A stretch of DNA of 61,956 nucleotides, taken from the NCBI GenBank assembly GCA_017887425.1, contig JAGHHZ010000029.1:1-61956 (forward strand). Reading direction: 5' to 3'. The position numbers were made by a program, and so were the translations under genes. The notes under the pieces were generated by a model. That model saw nothing but the letters and a program-made list of their open reading frames with translations, searched no databases and had not been told where the DNA came from. This stretch comes from Bacilli bacterium. GTDB taxonomy: Bacteria; Bacillota_I; Bacilli_A; RF39; UBA660. Positions 1 to 10,045 of this stretch are shown in pieces; the stretch's first letter is position 1; every line of letters starts with the position of its first letter.

Positions 1-690
1 ATCATAAGTGCTCAATATTATATTCCTGATAATTTAGATAGGTATTTAGCTTATTCTCCTAAAACAGATAATATCGATGATATTATTAGCATCGTTAATG
101 TAGGAGCAGATAGTGAATGGTATACAAATACAGAGGAAACTAATTTAGATGACGGTATAAAAATGTTAGTTAATAAATTTCATTACTTAAATGAAGATTA
201 TTTACCAGACGATATAGTACCTATCAGTAACTGGTATGCCTATGAAGGACATTCAACAAAAAAAGAAGTTTATGATCATTATGTTTCTATGTGGAACGAT
301 GCTAATGAACAAGGACTAGTTTTATTAGTTAACTCTTCTTATCGTACATTTGAAGAGCAACAAGAACAGTACGATATGTCAAATGATGACTATGCTTCAA
401 GACCTGGTTACTCTGAACATCAAACTGGGTTAGCTCTAGATATTGTTTCTGACGGCGTCCAAGGTAATGAATTTGAAAATACCGATGAATTTAAATGGTT
501 ACAAGAAAATGCTCACAAATATGGATTTATCTTAAGATATCCTAAAGATAAAGAATATATTACCGGATATAATTACGAATCATGGCATTATCGTTACGTT
601 GGCGAAGAATTAGCTACTAAAGTTAAAGAAAGTGGCTTAACTTATGATGAATATTATGCTTACTACTGTGAATATAAAAAAGCATGTTAA
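1..690 (+). CDS. M15B (VanY/LdcB-like) D-Ala-D-Ala/LD-carboxypeptidase, 5'-partial
   Basis: Frame is open from base 1 into the 163..690 ORF. Motifs SSYRT, PGYSEHQTGLALD (SxHxxGxAxD), YGFILRYP and YESWHYRYVG (ExxH) are typical of M15B. Confidence 0.85.
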   Translation: MISAQYYIPDNLDRYLAYSPKTDNIDDIISIVNVGADSEWYTNTEETNLDDGIKMLVNKFHYLNEDYLPDDIVPISNWYAYEGHSTKKEVYDHYVSMWNDANEQGLVLLVNSSYRTFEEQQEQYDMSNDDYASRPGYSEHQTGLALDIVSDGVQGNEFENTDEFKWLQENAHKYGFILRYPKDKEYITGYNYESWHYRYVGEELATKVKESGLTYDEYYAYYCEYKKAC

Positions 691-693
691 AAC

Positions 694-724
694 AAACCCT
701 CATTTTTAAATAATGAGGGTTTTA
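694..724. terminator. Intrinsic terminator, probably bidirectional
   Basis: AAACCCTCAT-loop-ATGAGGGTTTT inverted repeat between two convergent reading frames. Confidence 0.7.
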
Positions 725-725
725 A

Positions 726-1573
726 TTAATTTTCAATTAAATTATCTTCTAAATATTGATAAGATAAATTATTATTTTTACTTATTATAGATTCTCCTAA
801 TTTTTCTTCGATATCGTCTTTAGCTACTTTAGCAACATTCCCACCCATTTTAGCTATTTTTTATTTTGTTCTAATCCATGTGGTTTATGTTTTTTAACTA
901 ATTCACGAGTTGCTATTTCACTTAAATCAGTTAAAGCTATTTCAATATCATTCATGTTATCTCTTAATGACTCTTTTCTAATTCCTTTAAATTGTTTATA
1001 TTCATTTGCTTTCATACCTGACCAAGCTTGATATATTTCGTTAGTTAAAATGCCATACTCATAATTTTCGACAATACCATTTGCTTTCCATACATCAGTT
1101 AATTTATTACGGTTTAAAATTCCTTTTAGTCTTGATTCTATCCATTCATCGTCATATCCTTGATTACGGTAATAGTTAAAAGCTCTAATTATCGCTTTTT
1201 CAGGATCAAACACCTCATCGATTCTCTCACTACCTAAAGAAGCTAACCAAAGTTTAAATGGTTCTGCTTTAGGTGATGGGACAGATTTAATTAATCTTAA
1301 TATTCCTTTTGTATCTAATGTATCAGTCAAATAATTTTTTCCATCTTTTTTTGACTTTATTTTGAGTTGCACGATTTCTTCGTGTAACTTACTTCCTTCA
1401 TTAATTAACTTTCTTTTTAAATCACTCCAATAGTTTCTAGGAATACTAGCATTAGTAAGTGCACTAATAACATCTATTACACTAAAATAGTAATCTTCTT
1501 TTTCAGCATCCCAAACACTTCTTATTTCACTGCCTTAAAACAAATTAGTAATTGTGTCTAGTTTATTTTTCAT
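726..1573 (-). pseudogene. Bro-N family (phage antirepressor-like) DNA-binding protein, disrupted
   Basis: Strong RBS (AAAGGAGG) and ATG at 1573 give MKNKLDTITNLF*GSEIRSVWD..YFSVIDV..RNYWSDLK, in frame with the 854..1372 ORF (SVPSPKAEPFKLWLA). There is an in-frame TAA at 1535-1537. A 1-nt frameshift in an A-run near 857-862 cuts off the C-terminus (AKMGGNVAKVAKDDIEEKLGES..), which ends at 726. Confidence 0.8.
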
Positions 1574-1613
1574 GAAAATCCTCCTTTCTAAAATTATTAA
1601 CTCCTACATTCTA

Positions 1614-1642
1614 ATCGTAACACATTATATATATTGTGTCAA
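1614..1642 (-). promoter_or_regulatory. sigmaA-type promoter of the Bro-N gene
   Basis: TTGACA-17 bp-TACGAT, with TG just upstream of the -10 element. Confidence 0.55.
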
Positions 1643-1673
1643 TCAAAAAATTAATTTTAAGTAAATTTTTTAG

Positions 1674-1808
1674 TTAAAAAAAAAAAAAAAAAACAATGCT
1701 TGATTGCATTGCTATTTCAACATTCTCTTCCTCATCTATTTGTTTATAAATAAAAATACAAATAATTATTAAAATTATAATAATAATATTTTTTATTATC
1801 TCTTTCAT
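1674..1808 (-). CDS. Small single-TM protein, 44 aa (not in ORF track)
   Basis: ATGA overlap with the stop of the amidase gene. Translation: MKEIIKNIIIIILIIICIFIYKQIDEEENVEIAMQSSIVFFFFF. Confidence 0.4.
   Translation of the reverse strand: MKEIIKNIIIIILIIICIFIYKQIDEEENVEIAMQSSIVFFFFF
1676..1711 (-). terminator. Hairpin followed by an 18-nt U tract
   Basis: CAATGC-6-GCATTG stem followed on the minus strand by T18 (A18 at 1676-1693). Confidence 0.55.
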
Positions 1809-3082
1809 TCGTTCCACCCATATACTTTGATTAAGCTAAGATAAGGATAAGAATAAGCCGATATCGGATAGTTTTCTAAATCAACAGTATTAGAATTAAC
1901 TAATATATCAACTGTTTTACCATCAACTTTATAGTCCCCTATTACAACTAAAGCATGGCGAGTTGGTCCAGTTGTTCCAACATGAATAACATCTCCAGCT
2001 TCCGCATAGTAAAGATTAACATCAACATCAGCACACAAGCCATAACCAGTATTATCTTTAGCATACGTATAAAAGTAAGGAACATAAGTCCATGTATAAA
2101 CATAACCTTGAGCTACTTGATTTTCATTATAACTGCCATCATATAGTTTCCACTGTAAATATTCGGAAGCACTTCCATAATAATCCATAGGAATTCCTCC
2201 ACTATATAAAACTTGAGAAGCAAAGTTTTGGCAATTGGAACTAAATTCAATCCAATCAGGATCACGGTCATCAACCCATTTTAAAGCATGTTCTAAAGCT
2301 TTATCGCGGTCGTAAGAATGATCGCAAGTTTTAGTTTCAATACCAGTTCCATTTAAAAATTGTTGATAATCCTCACGGTCTTCTTCTAATTTTTCATTAA
2401 TTAAATCTAAGTAATCTTCTTCGATTTCTTCCAATCTTGATGCTCCACCACCGTTATAAACATCTGTTATCATAACATAAAAATCCTGAACTTTATTATA
2501 CTCAACTATTTTATAAGTATCATCAACTTTTTCTAAGGTAAATTCATTTTTAATGTTATATACTCGCGATTCGATATCTTTCATAAAGTTAAAATTCAGA
2601 TAATTATCTTCTAACACAGTTAAAGTAACTGTATCTCCTTCGACATTAACGTCAGTAAACTCTAAGTCATATTTAGCTTTATCCAAACTTAAATCATTTG
2701 GTTTTAACTTTCTTGTTTCTATCAAAAGTGATAAAGCAGTTTGATTAATCAAAGCTGATTCAGAATTAGGATCTAAAAATAAATAAGTCATATCATTTTC
2801 TTCTAAATTTTTGATTGAATTATAATAAACATTTAAAAATTCAACTACTACCTTTTGAACAGCCTCATCAACTTCACCACTAACATTATTTAAATAATTA
2901 GTTCCAACTGGATCAAGTACTGGTTCTTCTGGTTCACTTGGATTGTTAGGTTCTTCAGCACTAGGTTCACTAGGTTCTAAAGTATCATCTTTGTCTTTAA
3001 AAAAGAAAAACAAGAAAACAACTAAGCTAGCTAAAATAATAAATAATATTAATTTACCAATTATTCTTTTTTTATTTTTCAT
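1805..3082 (-). CDS. Membrane-anchored putative amidase (Amidase_6-like C-terminal domain)
   Basis: N-terminal TM, Pro/Glu linker, then YDRDKALEHALKW..SNCQNFASQVLYSGG..GDVI..HALVV, a Cys/His pattern typical of this family. Confidence 0.7.
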   Translation of the reverse strand: MKNKKRIIGKLILFIILASLVVFLFFFFKDKDDTLEPSEPSAEEPNNPSEPEEPVLDPVGTNYLNNVSGEVDEAVQKVVVEFLNVYYNSIKNLEENDMTYLFLDPNSESALINQTALSLLIETRKLKPNDLSLDKAKYDLEFTDVNVEGDTVTLTVLEDNYLNFNFMKDIESRVYNIKNEFTLEKVDDTYKIVEYNKVQDFYVMITDVYNGGGASRLEEIEEDYLDLINEKLEEDREDYQQFLNGTGIETKTCDHSYDRDKALEHALKWVDDRDPDWIEFSSNCQNFASQVLYSGGIPMDYYGSASEYLQWKLYDGSYNENQVAQGYVYTWTYVPYFYTYAKDNTGYGLCADVDVNLYYAEAGDVIHVGTTGPTRHALVVIGDYKVDGKTVDILVNSNTVDLENYPISAYSYPYLSLIKVYGWNE

Positions 3083-3137
3083 CTACAACACCTAATAATA
3101 TTATAACAAAAAAAACTATTTTGCAACAAAAATAGTT

Positions 3138-3548
3138 TTAATTATTTTTTTTAAAGACAAATACTTTACTGAAAATATAATTAGATAAAATAACAATAAC
3201 TTGAGCAATTACTTTAGTTATTAAATCATTAATTGAAAGTAAATCAACAAATGTATACATAATAACCATTTCAATTCCTAGTGAAACGATTCTAAAGAAA
3301 AAGAAGTTAGTGATTTCTTTAGAAACTAATTTTTTATCTTTGCTTTTACTTTCGAAAACAAATAATTTATTTGTTATAAAAGCAAACAATACAGCAATTA
3401 TCCAAGATAAAATATTACTAATTAAATAATCAATATTACATATTTTTGTGAATATTGTATAAGTACCAATTGATATTAAAGTAGTTAATCCGCCAAATAT
3501 TAAATAATTTATTATTTCTTTATATTTCTTATATAAACTACTTAACAT
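3138..3548 (-). CDS. GtrA family flippase
   Basis: 136 aa, 4 TM, YLIFGGLTT..FAFITNKLFVF..NYIFSKVFVF. Confidence 0.9.
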   Translation of the reverse strand: MLSSLYKKYKEIINYLIFGGLTTLISIGTYTIFTKICNIDYLISNILSWIIAVLFAFITNKLFVFESKSKDKKLVSKEITNFFFFRIVSLGIEMVIMYTFVDLLSINDLITKVIAQVIVILSNYIFSKVFVFKKNN

Positions 3549-4473
3549 CTTTTTCTGTCTCCTTAATTATATAAATTGGACGATTTTTAACTTCTAAATA
3601 AGTTTTAGCTAAATACTGCCCCATTATTCCCAAGCAAAATAATTGAATACCACTAACAAAGAAAATAATACAAACAGTACTTGGCCAACCCGAAACTGGA
3701 TCACCAAAAATTAAAGTTTTACAAATAATAACTACAATCATGATAAAAGATATGATGCAAAATAATATTCCGGCAATTGAAGAAATAAGTAAAGGAATTG
3801 TTGAAAAGCCAACGATACTTTCCATTGAATAAGCAAACAACTTCCAAAAATTCCACTTAGTTGTTCCAGCTACTCTTTCTTTATTTTCAAATGTTATCCA
3901 TTTAGTATTAAAACCAACCCAACTAAAAATACCTTTAGAATAGCGATTATATTCTTTAAGCGATAAAATAGCATCGACCATTTGTCTTGTCATTAATCTA
4001 AAATCACGAGCCCCATCAACAATTTCCGTTTTAGAAATTTTATTGATAATTTTATAATACCATTTTGTAAGTATTTTTCTTAAAAAAGAATATCCGTTTC
4101 TTGAGACACTTCTAGTTGCTACACAATCATAATCAGTATTTTGTAAAGTTTCATACATTTCAATTAATAATTGTGGTGGGTCTTGTAAATCAGCATCCAT
4201 CATACAAACATAATCGCCAGTCGCAGCTTCAAAGCCCGCTAAAATCCCCGCTTCTTTGCCAAAATTTCTCGAAAAAGAAATATAGCGGACATTTTTGTCA
4301 TTACTAGCTAAATTTCTTAAAATGTCTAAAGTTTGATCTTTCGAACCATCGTTGACAAAAATAAGTTCAAATTTAACTTTTTTCATTTCATCCATTACTT
4401 TATTGATCTCTTCATAAAAGAGTGGTAGAGATTCTTCTTCGTTATAACATGGGACAACAACACTTATTTTCAT
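3538..4473 (-). CDS. GT2 polyprenol-phosphate glycosyltransferase (GtrB/CsbB-like)
   Basis: ISVVVPCYNEE, VNDGSKD, FSRNFGKE, MDADLQDPP, two C-terminal TMs. Start set at ATG 4473 after a GGAGG RBS. Confidence 0.9.
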   Translation of the reverse strand: MKISVVVPCYNEEESLPLFYEEINKVMDEMKKVKFELIFVNDGSKDQTLDILRNLASNDKNVRYISFSRNFGKEAGILAGFEAATGDYVCMMDADLQDPPQLLIEMYETLQNTDYDCVATRSVSRNGYSFLRKILTKWYYKIINKISKTEIVDGARDFRLMTRQMVDAILSLKEYNRYSKGIFSWVGFNTKWITFENKERVAGTTKWNFWKLFAYSMESIVGFSTIPLLISSIAGILFCIISFIMIVVIICKTLIFGDPVSGWPSTVCIIFFVSGIQLFCLGIMGQYLAKTYLEVKNRPIYIIKETEKDVK

Positions 4474-6053
4474 TTTTTCCTCCATACAAATAAAATTAAT
4501 CCAACAATACTAACAATTGATAATGCACTAGCTAATTTGTCATATTTGGTTCCAGTAAAATCTAACTTATAAGTTCCATCATCGACTTTAGTCTCGATAA
4601 AACCTTTTTCATTTTCATAAAAATCAATCTCATTATTATTTTCATCAACTAATGTATAACCAATATAATAAAGTCTTGGTAATTCAATGGTAATATTACC
4701 AGTAACTTTAAATTCTAAATAAGGAATATCATTACTAATTACTTCAACATTACCAGGTCCTTCAACCATTATTATATCATGATTACGATTATTATAATAA
4801 TCTAGATTATTAATAGTATTAACTGGTGTATACTCTCTTTGAACACCGACACCATACCAATACTCTAAATTATCAGCATCAATTACTTCATTAGTAGCTT
4901 GTTTTAAATTAGGTTGAGAAAGTAAAACCATCGCAATAACCAAAATTAAAGTCAAAGCTTTTTTATCTTTAAACTTATTGATACAAAGAGGTGCAAGCAA
5001 ACTAACAGCTAAAGATACAAATGTTACAAATCGCCAAGGAAATTGAATTAATCTTAATGATTTAGGTAAGATATCCCAAGGGAATAATTTACTAGATAAT
5101 ATTAAACTAACAATACCAAATATTAATATATATTTATAAAACTTATTTTTATTATCCTTATAATTTTTTAAAGTTACAATTAACAATATTAAGGCAATTA
5201 TATCGATATAATATTTTATCTCACCAGTTCCCATACCTTTAAAAATCATTAAGTATTCTAATGGATTTAATCCATTACCCCAAGTACCTTGAACCATAAC
5301 ACCATCGACAAACACATTATAATTACCTAGTAATCTTTGCTGTAGTAAACAAACCCAAAATGGTGATGTGATTGCTAAAATAAATAACGATGCAATAACA
5401 AATTGCTTTAGATATTTCAATGTCGTTTTATATTTAAAAATTAAAAAGACTAATATTATAACCGTTAAATAACACATCATAATTAAATGTGATAACATTC
5501 CACCAACATAACCGATAATAAATAAAGGATAGAATTTTTTAATGTTATCATTAAACAATTCATATAAACCTAAAAGTACTAATGGAAGAAAAATAAATAC
5601 TAAACTTTCTCCTAAAGCATCTCTGACATAAATGTTTGATAAATGATATGGAAAAAGCATATAAATAACTGCTGACAATAGTCCAATAAATTTATTTTTC
5701 GAAACAGTCTTTGATAAATAATACATAGTTATTCCTGATAACAATAAACCAATAAAATGGACTATTTTAAGACTAGTTACCGGATTATCAACAACAACAT
5801 TAATATAAGCAGCTGAATAATGGCCTAATGGTGGATAAAAAATTTCTGTTCCATAACCAAAATCATTACCAATTTCCCCTACTATTTTACTAGGAAAGAA
5901 AAAATTATCCTTAATTTGCTCTGTTAAACTATCGATATTAGCCAAATGAAATTTAGTATCATGACTAGATTTGTAACTGCTAGTAAACATAGGTAACATT
6001 GCAATTAAAGCAACTAATAATATAACTCCTAAAAATTTTATATCTTTTTTCAT
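4470..6053 (-). CDS. Multi-pass GT-C-type glycosyltransferase (YfhO/PTPS-related membrane protein)
   Basis: About 12 TM, HDTKFH, GYGTEIFYPPL, QFPWRF. Overlaps the GT2 gene. Start set at ATG 6053 after a GGTGA RBS. Confidence 0.7.
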   Translation of the reverse strand: MKKDIKFLGVILLVALIAMLPMFTSSYKSSHDTKFHLANIDSLTEQIKDNFFFPSKIVGEIGNDFGYGTEIFYPPLGHYSAAYINVVVDNPVTSLKIVHFIGLLLSGITMYYLSKTVSKNKFIGLLSAVIYMLFPYHLSNIYVRDALGESLVFIFLPLVLLGLYELFNDNIKKFYPLFIIGYVGGMLSHLIMMCYLTVIILVFLIFKYKTTLKYLKQFVIASLFILAITSPFWVCLLQQRLLGNYNVFVDGVMVQGTWGNGLNPLEYLMIFKGMGTGEIKYYIDIIALILLIVTLKNYKDNKNKFYKYILIFGIVSLILSSKLFPWDILPKSLRLIQFPWRFVTFVSLAVSLLAPLCINKFKDKKALTLILVIAMVLLSQPNLKQATNEVIDADNLEYWYGVGVQREYTPVNTINNLDYYNNRNHDIIMVEGPGNVEVISNDIPYLEFKVTGNITIELPRLYYIGYTLVDENNNEIDFYENEKGFIETKVDDGTYKLDFTGTKYDKLASALSIVSIVGLILFVWRKK

Positions 6054-6140
6054 TTGTTTCACCAAAGATATTATACCATAGTTAAAGATTTTCAAGCAAT
6101 AAATATAACTCAATTTATATTATCGCATATAATTAATTAG

Positions 6141-6812
6141 GTGAATAATATGGAAGAAAATTTAAAAAAAGCCTATTATATTATTTTAGGAATTTTAATT
6201 TTATTGTTTTTTACCAAAGATGTTAATACTAAAAATGAATTTTACAAAAATATAAAACTAATTGAAAATCCTGACAATTTATTAGTTTTAGTTAATAAAA
6301 ATAATCAACTTCAAAGTAGTTATATTCCAAGTGATTTAGAAAGTATTTCCTTAAGATTCGCTAATAAAGATAAATGTTTAAAAAAAGAAGCTAAAGAAGC
6401 TTTTGAAAAGTTAAGCAGTGAAGCAAGTGCTTTAGGTTACAGAATAGTTGCTGTATCCGCATACCGTGACTATAGTTATCAAAATGAATTATTTAATTAT
6501 TATGTCGAAGAAAAGGGTTTAGAATATGCCTTAAATTGTTCAGCTAAACCAGGTCATTCAGAACATCAAACTGGGTTAGCTGTCGATGTCGAAGGAGAAA
6601 ACAAAGATTATGATAACTTTGAAGATACTAAAGAATTTAATTGGATGAAAGATAACGCTCATAGATTCGGATTTATTTTAAGATATCCTAAAGGAAAAGA
6701 GGATATAACCGGATTTAAATATGAGCCATGGCATTATCGTTATGTTGGAGTTGAAATAGCAACTGAAATTTATAATAAAAATATAACCTTAGAAGAATAT
6801 TTAAATCACTAA
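6141..6812 (+). CDS. M15B (VanY/LdcB-like) carboxypeptidase with N-terminal anchor
   Basis: LVLVNK, SAYRD, PGHSEHQTGLAVD, FGFILRYP, YEPWHYRYVG. Confidence 0.88.
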   Translation: MNNMEENLKKAYYIILGILILLFFTKDVNTKNEFYKNIKLIENPDNLLVLVNKNNQLQSSYIPSDLESISLRFANKDKCLKKEAKEAFEKLSSEASALGYRIVAVSAYRDYSYQNELFNYYVEEKGLEYALNCSAKPGHSEHQTGLAVDVEGENKDYDNFEDTKEFNWMKDNAHRFGFILRYPKGKEDITGFKYEPWHYRYVGVEIATEIYNKNITLEEYLNH

Positions 6813-6841
6813 ACTTATGATATAATAAAGTTGGTGATTTT

Positions 6842-8530
6842 ATGCAAAAATATCTTAAAGAAAACAAATTTATCATCTTAACCATTATTATTTTATGTGG
6901 ATTAATGTTTTTCTTTATTAATCAAAAACAAGGATTTCATGAAGACGAAATATTTTCTTATGGTTCAAGCAACTATAAATATGATAATGTTTTTAGATGG
7001 TTTGGGTATGCTGAAGCTAATCAAGATATACTATATAACCAAGTTTTACAAGGAAATTTTATAAAGAGAATTGATAATTTAGTTAAATTTATTAAAGATC
7101 CTAATCAATTTCAAAAAAATGAGATATTGGCTCAAGAAATACCAACTTTTAGAACTAAAGACGATGCTTTAGATTATTTAGCTATTCAACAAGAAGACAT
7201 TTTTAATTATTTTTCTGTTTACTATAATCAAAGTCGGGACGTTCATCCACCATTATTTTATTTTTTAGTTCACTTTACATCAACTTTATTTTACAATCAG
7301 TTTTCTAAATACATTATTTTTGCACTTAATTTATTGTTCTTTATTGGAACATTAATTACAATTAAAAAAATAATGGATAAACTAAATCATAAAGAATTAA
7401 CTATTCCCACAATGATTTTATATGGCGCTAGCATGGGAGCAATAAGTACTGTTATGTTTCAAAGAATGTACATGATGCTTACTTTCTTTAGCCTTTTATA
7501 TTTATACTACATAATTAAATTTATTAAAGACGACTTTAAAATAAAAGATAAATTCTTCTTTGTTTTAACTATTATTTGTGGCTTTTTAACTCAATATTAT
7601 TTTTGTATTTATATAGTTTTGATTTTTCTAATCTTAGCAATCTATCTTTTAGTTAATAAGCAATTTAAAAAATGTTGGAATTTTTTTAAGCCACATATTT
7701 TAGCCGCAATCATCGGTATACTCTTCTACCCATTTTGTATTGAAGATATATTCTTCTCTTATCGAGGAATTGGAAGTACTGATAATAAAACAAATACATT
7801 TTTAGAAAATTTACAGTATTATGGCGAACAAATTATCAACTTATTTAGTTTACAAAATATTTTTATAATTTTAATTGCAATCTTAATTATTGTTTTAATT
7901 TATAAAATTATTAAAAAGCAATTACCAAAAATACAAAGACAAGATAAACTTAACCTTACTGTTATTATTTTACCGATCATTATATTTATTGTTATAGTCT
8001 CTAAAATAGCGCCTTTCTTAGGTGAAAATTACACTTCAAGATATATAATGTTATTATTTCCTATTATTGCTATTGCTAGTTTTTATATAATTTCTTTTAT
8101 CTTCAATAATAAAAAAACACTTTTCATTATTACTCTTGTTGTTAGTCTTTGTTTAAGTATTAATGGCTTAATTAATAGTACACCTGTTTACTTATACAAA
8201 GATTATGGTAAAGTTATGGAATTAGCTCAAGAAAACGCTGATAAATACTTCGTATATGTTTTCGATAATTATTTTACTCATTTAAATTCAATGCCTGAAT
8301 TCGCAACTTATAAAGAATCATTAATTTTAAACAAAAACATTCATGACTTTAAGTTATTAGATAATGAAAAATTAAATAATGAGAATGAGTTTATTTTATG
8401 TATCAAAAACTGGCTAAACAAAGAAGAAATATTAAATCTAGTTTTAGAAAACTCTGGATACAATGATTATGAAATCTTATTAGAATTAAATAGTGATGTT
8501 GAATCAACATATTATAGAATAACAAAATAG
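6842..8530 (+). CDS. Multi-pass GT-C/PMT-like glycosyltransferase
   Basis: Acidic DE motif after TM1 (GFHEDEIFSY), DVHPPLFY, RMYM, many TMs. Confidence 0.65.
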   Translation: MQKYLKENKFIILTIIILCGLMFFFINQKQGFHEDEIFSYGSSNYKYDNVFRWFGYAEANQDILYNQVLQGNFIKRIDNLVKFIKDPNQFQKNEILAQEIPTFRTKDDALDYLAIQQEDIFNYFSVYYNQSRDVHPPLFYFLVHFTSTLFYNQFSKYIIFALNLLFFIGTLITIKKIMDKLNHKELTIPTMILYGASMGAISTVMFQRMYMMLTFFSLLYLYYIIKFIKDDFKIKDKFFFVLTIICGFLTQYYFCIYIVLIFLILAIYLLVNKQFKKCWNFFKPHILAAIIGILFYPFCIEDIFFSYRGIGSTDNKTNTFLENLQYYGEQIINLFSLQNIFIILIAILIIVLIYKIIKKQLPKIQRQDKLNLTVIILPIIIFIVIVSKIAPFLGENYTSRYIMLLFPIIAIASFYIISFIFNNKKTLFIITLVVSLCLSINGLINSTPVYLYKDYGKVMELAQENADKYFVYVFDNYFTHLNSMPEFATYKESLILNKNIHDFKLLDNEKLNNENEFILCIKNWLNKEEILNLVLENSGYNDYEILLELNSDVESTYYRITK

Positions 8531-8554
8531 ATAGCTTAAACTATCTATTTTTTT
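8524..8554. terminator. Bidirectional terminator overlapping both stop codons
   Basis: AAAATAGATAG-loop-CTATCTATTTT between convergent genes. Confidence 0.65.
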
Positions 8555-9942
8555 AACATTTTAAGTAATGGATTTTTTCTTTTTATCAATACATCGCCAC
8601 CATTATGTTTACTATTTATATTGGTGTAAACTGTATCTGCTAAAGTATGGATATCTCCCAATCCTAAACTAAAGTTTGCTTTATTAAATACTGGATCGAT
8701 AACAACAAATGGTACTTTACCAGCAAAATTGATAAATGCTCTTGTAAAGTTATCAACTGGTATTTCTTTTTGCATTCCATAAAGTGAAGAAATAAATAAA
8801 CTTATCTTATTTTCAACACAGAAATCATGAATATATCCTAAAATACCATCTAATTTACTTAATTTTTTATTTAATTCATCAACATTTTTAGCATCATCTA
8901 TTCTAAAATCAATCATAATTAAATCGTAATCAGAATCTCTAATAATGGCTTTAATATTGTCTTGATTTAACAATAAATCATTATCAGTTTTAGCAAATGA
9001 AATACGTGGAGAAACAACACTTTGTAATCCACAGCAATAATAATTGATTACTCTCATACTAGAACTATCGGCTAATACTAAAGCTTTAGCATTTATTTTC
9101 TCTAAATAATTAACCATTGAAATACCTGACTTAGGATAAGCAAACATCGGATATTTAATACCAGTCAATGGGAACAGTGAAAAATAAGTATCAGTATTAG
9201 TTAATTTACTTATATTATTAACAAAATTAGTCATATCAGCTAATTCATAATTAAAGAAGAAAATGCTATCATTTACATCAAATTTAAATCCTTCATTTAA
9301 AAAGAATTCTTTGACGTTTTTAGGTTCTGTTTTTAGTGAAACTAAAGAACTTATTTTTTTACTTACTTCACGCCATTTCTCTCCGACTTCATTTTGGAAC
9401 ATATTCATAAAAGCAAGTAAATTAACTGCATTTAACGAATTAATTCCCACAATTATTCCAAGCTTACAGTCAACTAATTCGTAAACTATTTTGTTAATTA
9501 ATCTTTCAACCTCTTTATAGTTATCAATATTGTCACCAGTCAAAACTAAATGAATAAAAATTTTATTTTGCTTTTTTGATCTTATAAACTTTAAAAATGA
9601 TCTTATATGCTCAATACTTTTTTCATTTTCTAAAGATAAAAATAGATGTATTTTTCCTTCTGGTTTAATACTATTTAAATAAAACATCAAGTTTTGATTA
9701 GTTTCAAATTTATCAATATAACTATCAATCAAAGAGCATGATAAAGGATACTTTGAACCAGTACTAAATACTCGATAACCACTAACTAAATTATAACTAG
9801 GTGTTGAAATAGCAGCAAACAAATGATTTTTTGTATAACTATCCAAATTAGGCATTAATTTAGCATTATAAATACTATAAGAGTCTAATTGTTCAATTCC
9901 AAAACCATTCATTAAAAATAAAACTGTTTTTTTCATATTCAT
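8545..9942 (-). CDS. Degenerate cofactor-independent phosphoglycerate mutase (GpmI)-like protein
   Basis: Colinear with GpmI (KKTVLFLMNGFG, MPNLD, KIHL, IFIHLVL, DSIFFFN, VPFVV), but catalytic Ser and metal-ligand motifs are not recognisable. Confidence 0.6.
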   Translation of the reverse strand: MNMKKTVLFLMNGFGIEQLDSYSIYNAKLMPNLDSYTKNHLFAAISTPSYNLVSGYRVFSTGSKYPLSCSLIDSYIDKFETNQNLMFYLNSIKPEGKIHLFLSLENEKSIEHIRSFLKFIRSKKQNKIFIHLVLTGDNIDNYKEVERLINKIVYELVDCKLGIIVGINSLNAVNLLAFMNMFQNEVGEKWREVSKKISSLVSLKTEPKNVKEFFLNEGFKFDVNDSIFFFNYELADMTNFVNNISKLTNTDTYFSLFPLTGIKYPMFAYPKSGISMVNYLEKINAKALVLADSSSMRVINYYCCGLQSVVSPRISFAKTDNDLLLNQDNIKAIIRDSDYDLIMIDFRIDDAKNVDELNKKLSKLDGILGYIHDFCVENKISLFISSLYGMQKEIPVDNFTRAFINFAGKVPFVVIDPVFNKANFSLGLGDIHTLADTVYTNINSKHNGGDVLIKRKNPLLKMLKK

Positions 9943-10045
9943 CCCTCATATTCTATAAAACATTATAACTTATTTTAGGTATTTTAGCAATAATTACCAC
10001 TAATATTTCACTAAAAATTGACAAAAGTGTGTCCCTAAACACACT

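Noticed and set aside
1535-1537. Stop-codon reassignment or Mollicute genetic code 4
   Set aside because: The internal stop is TAA in a gene that is also frameshifted. TGA ends several clear genes (rnc, grpE, lon, yidD) and conserved Trp residues use TGG.
726-1573. Prophage marked by the Bro-N gene
   Set aside because: No integrase, structural or replication genes nearby; the flanks are cell-wall genes.
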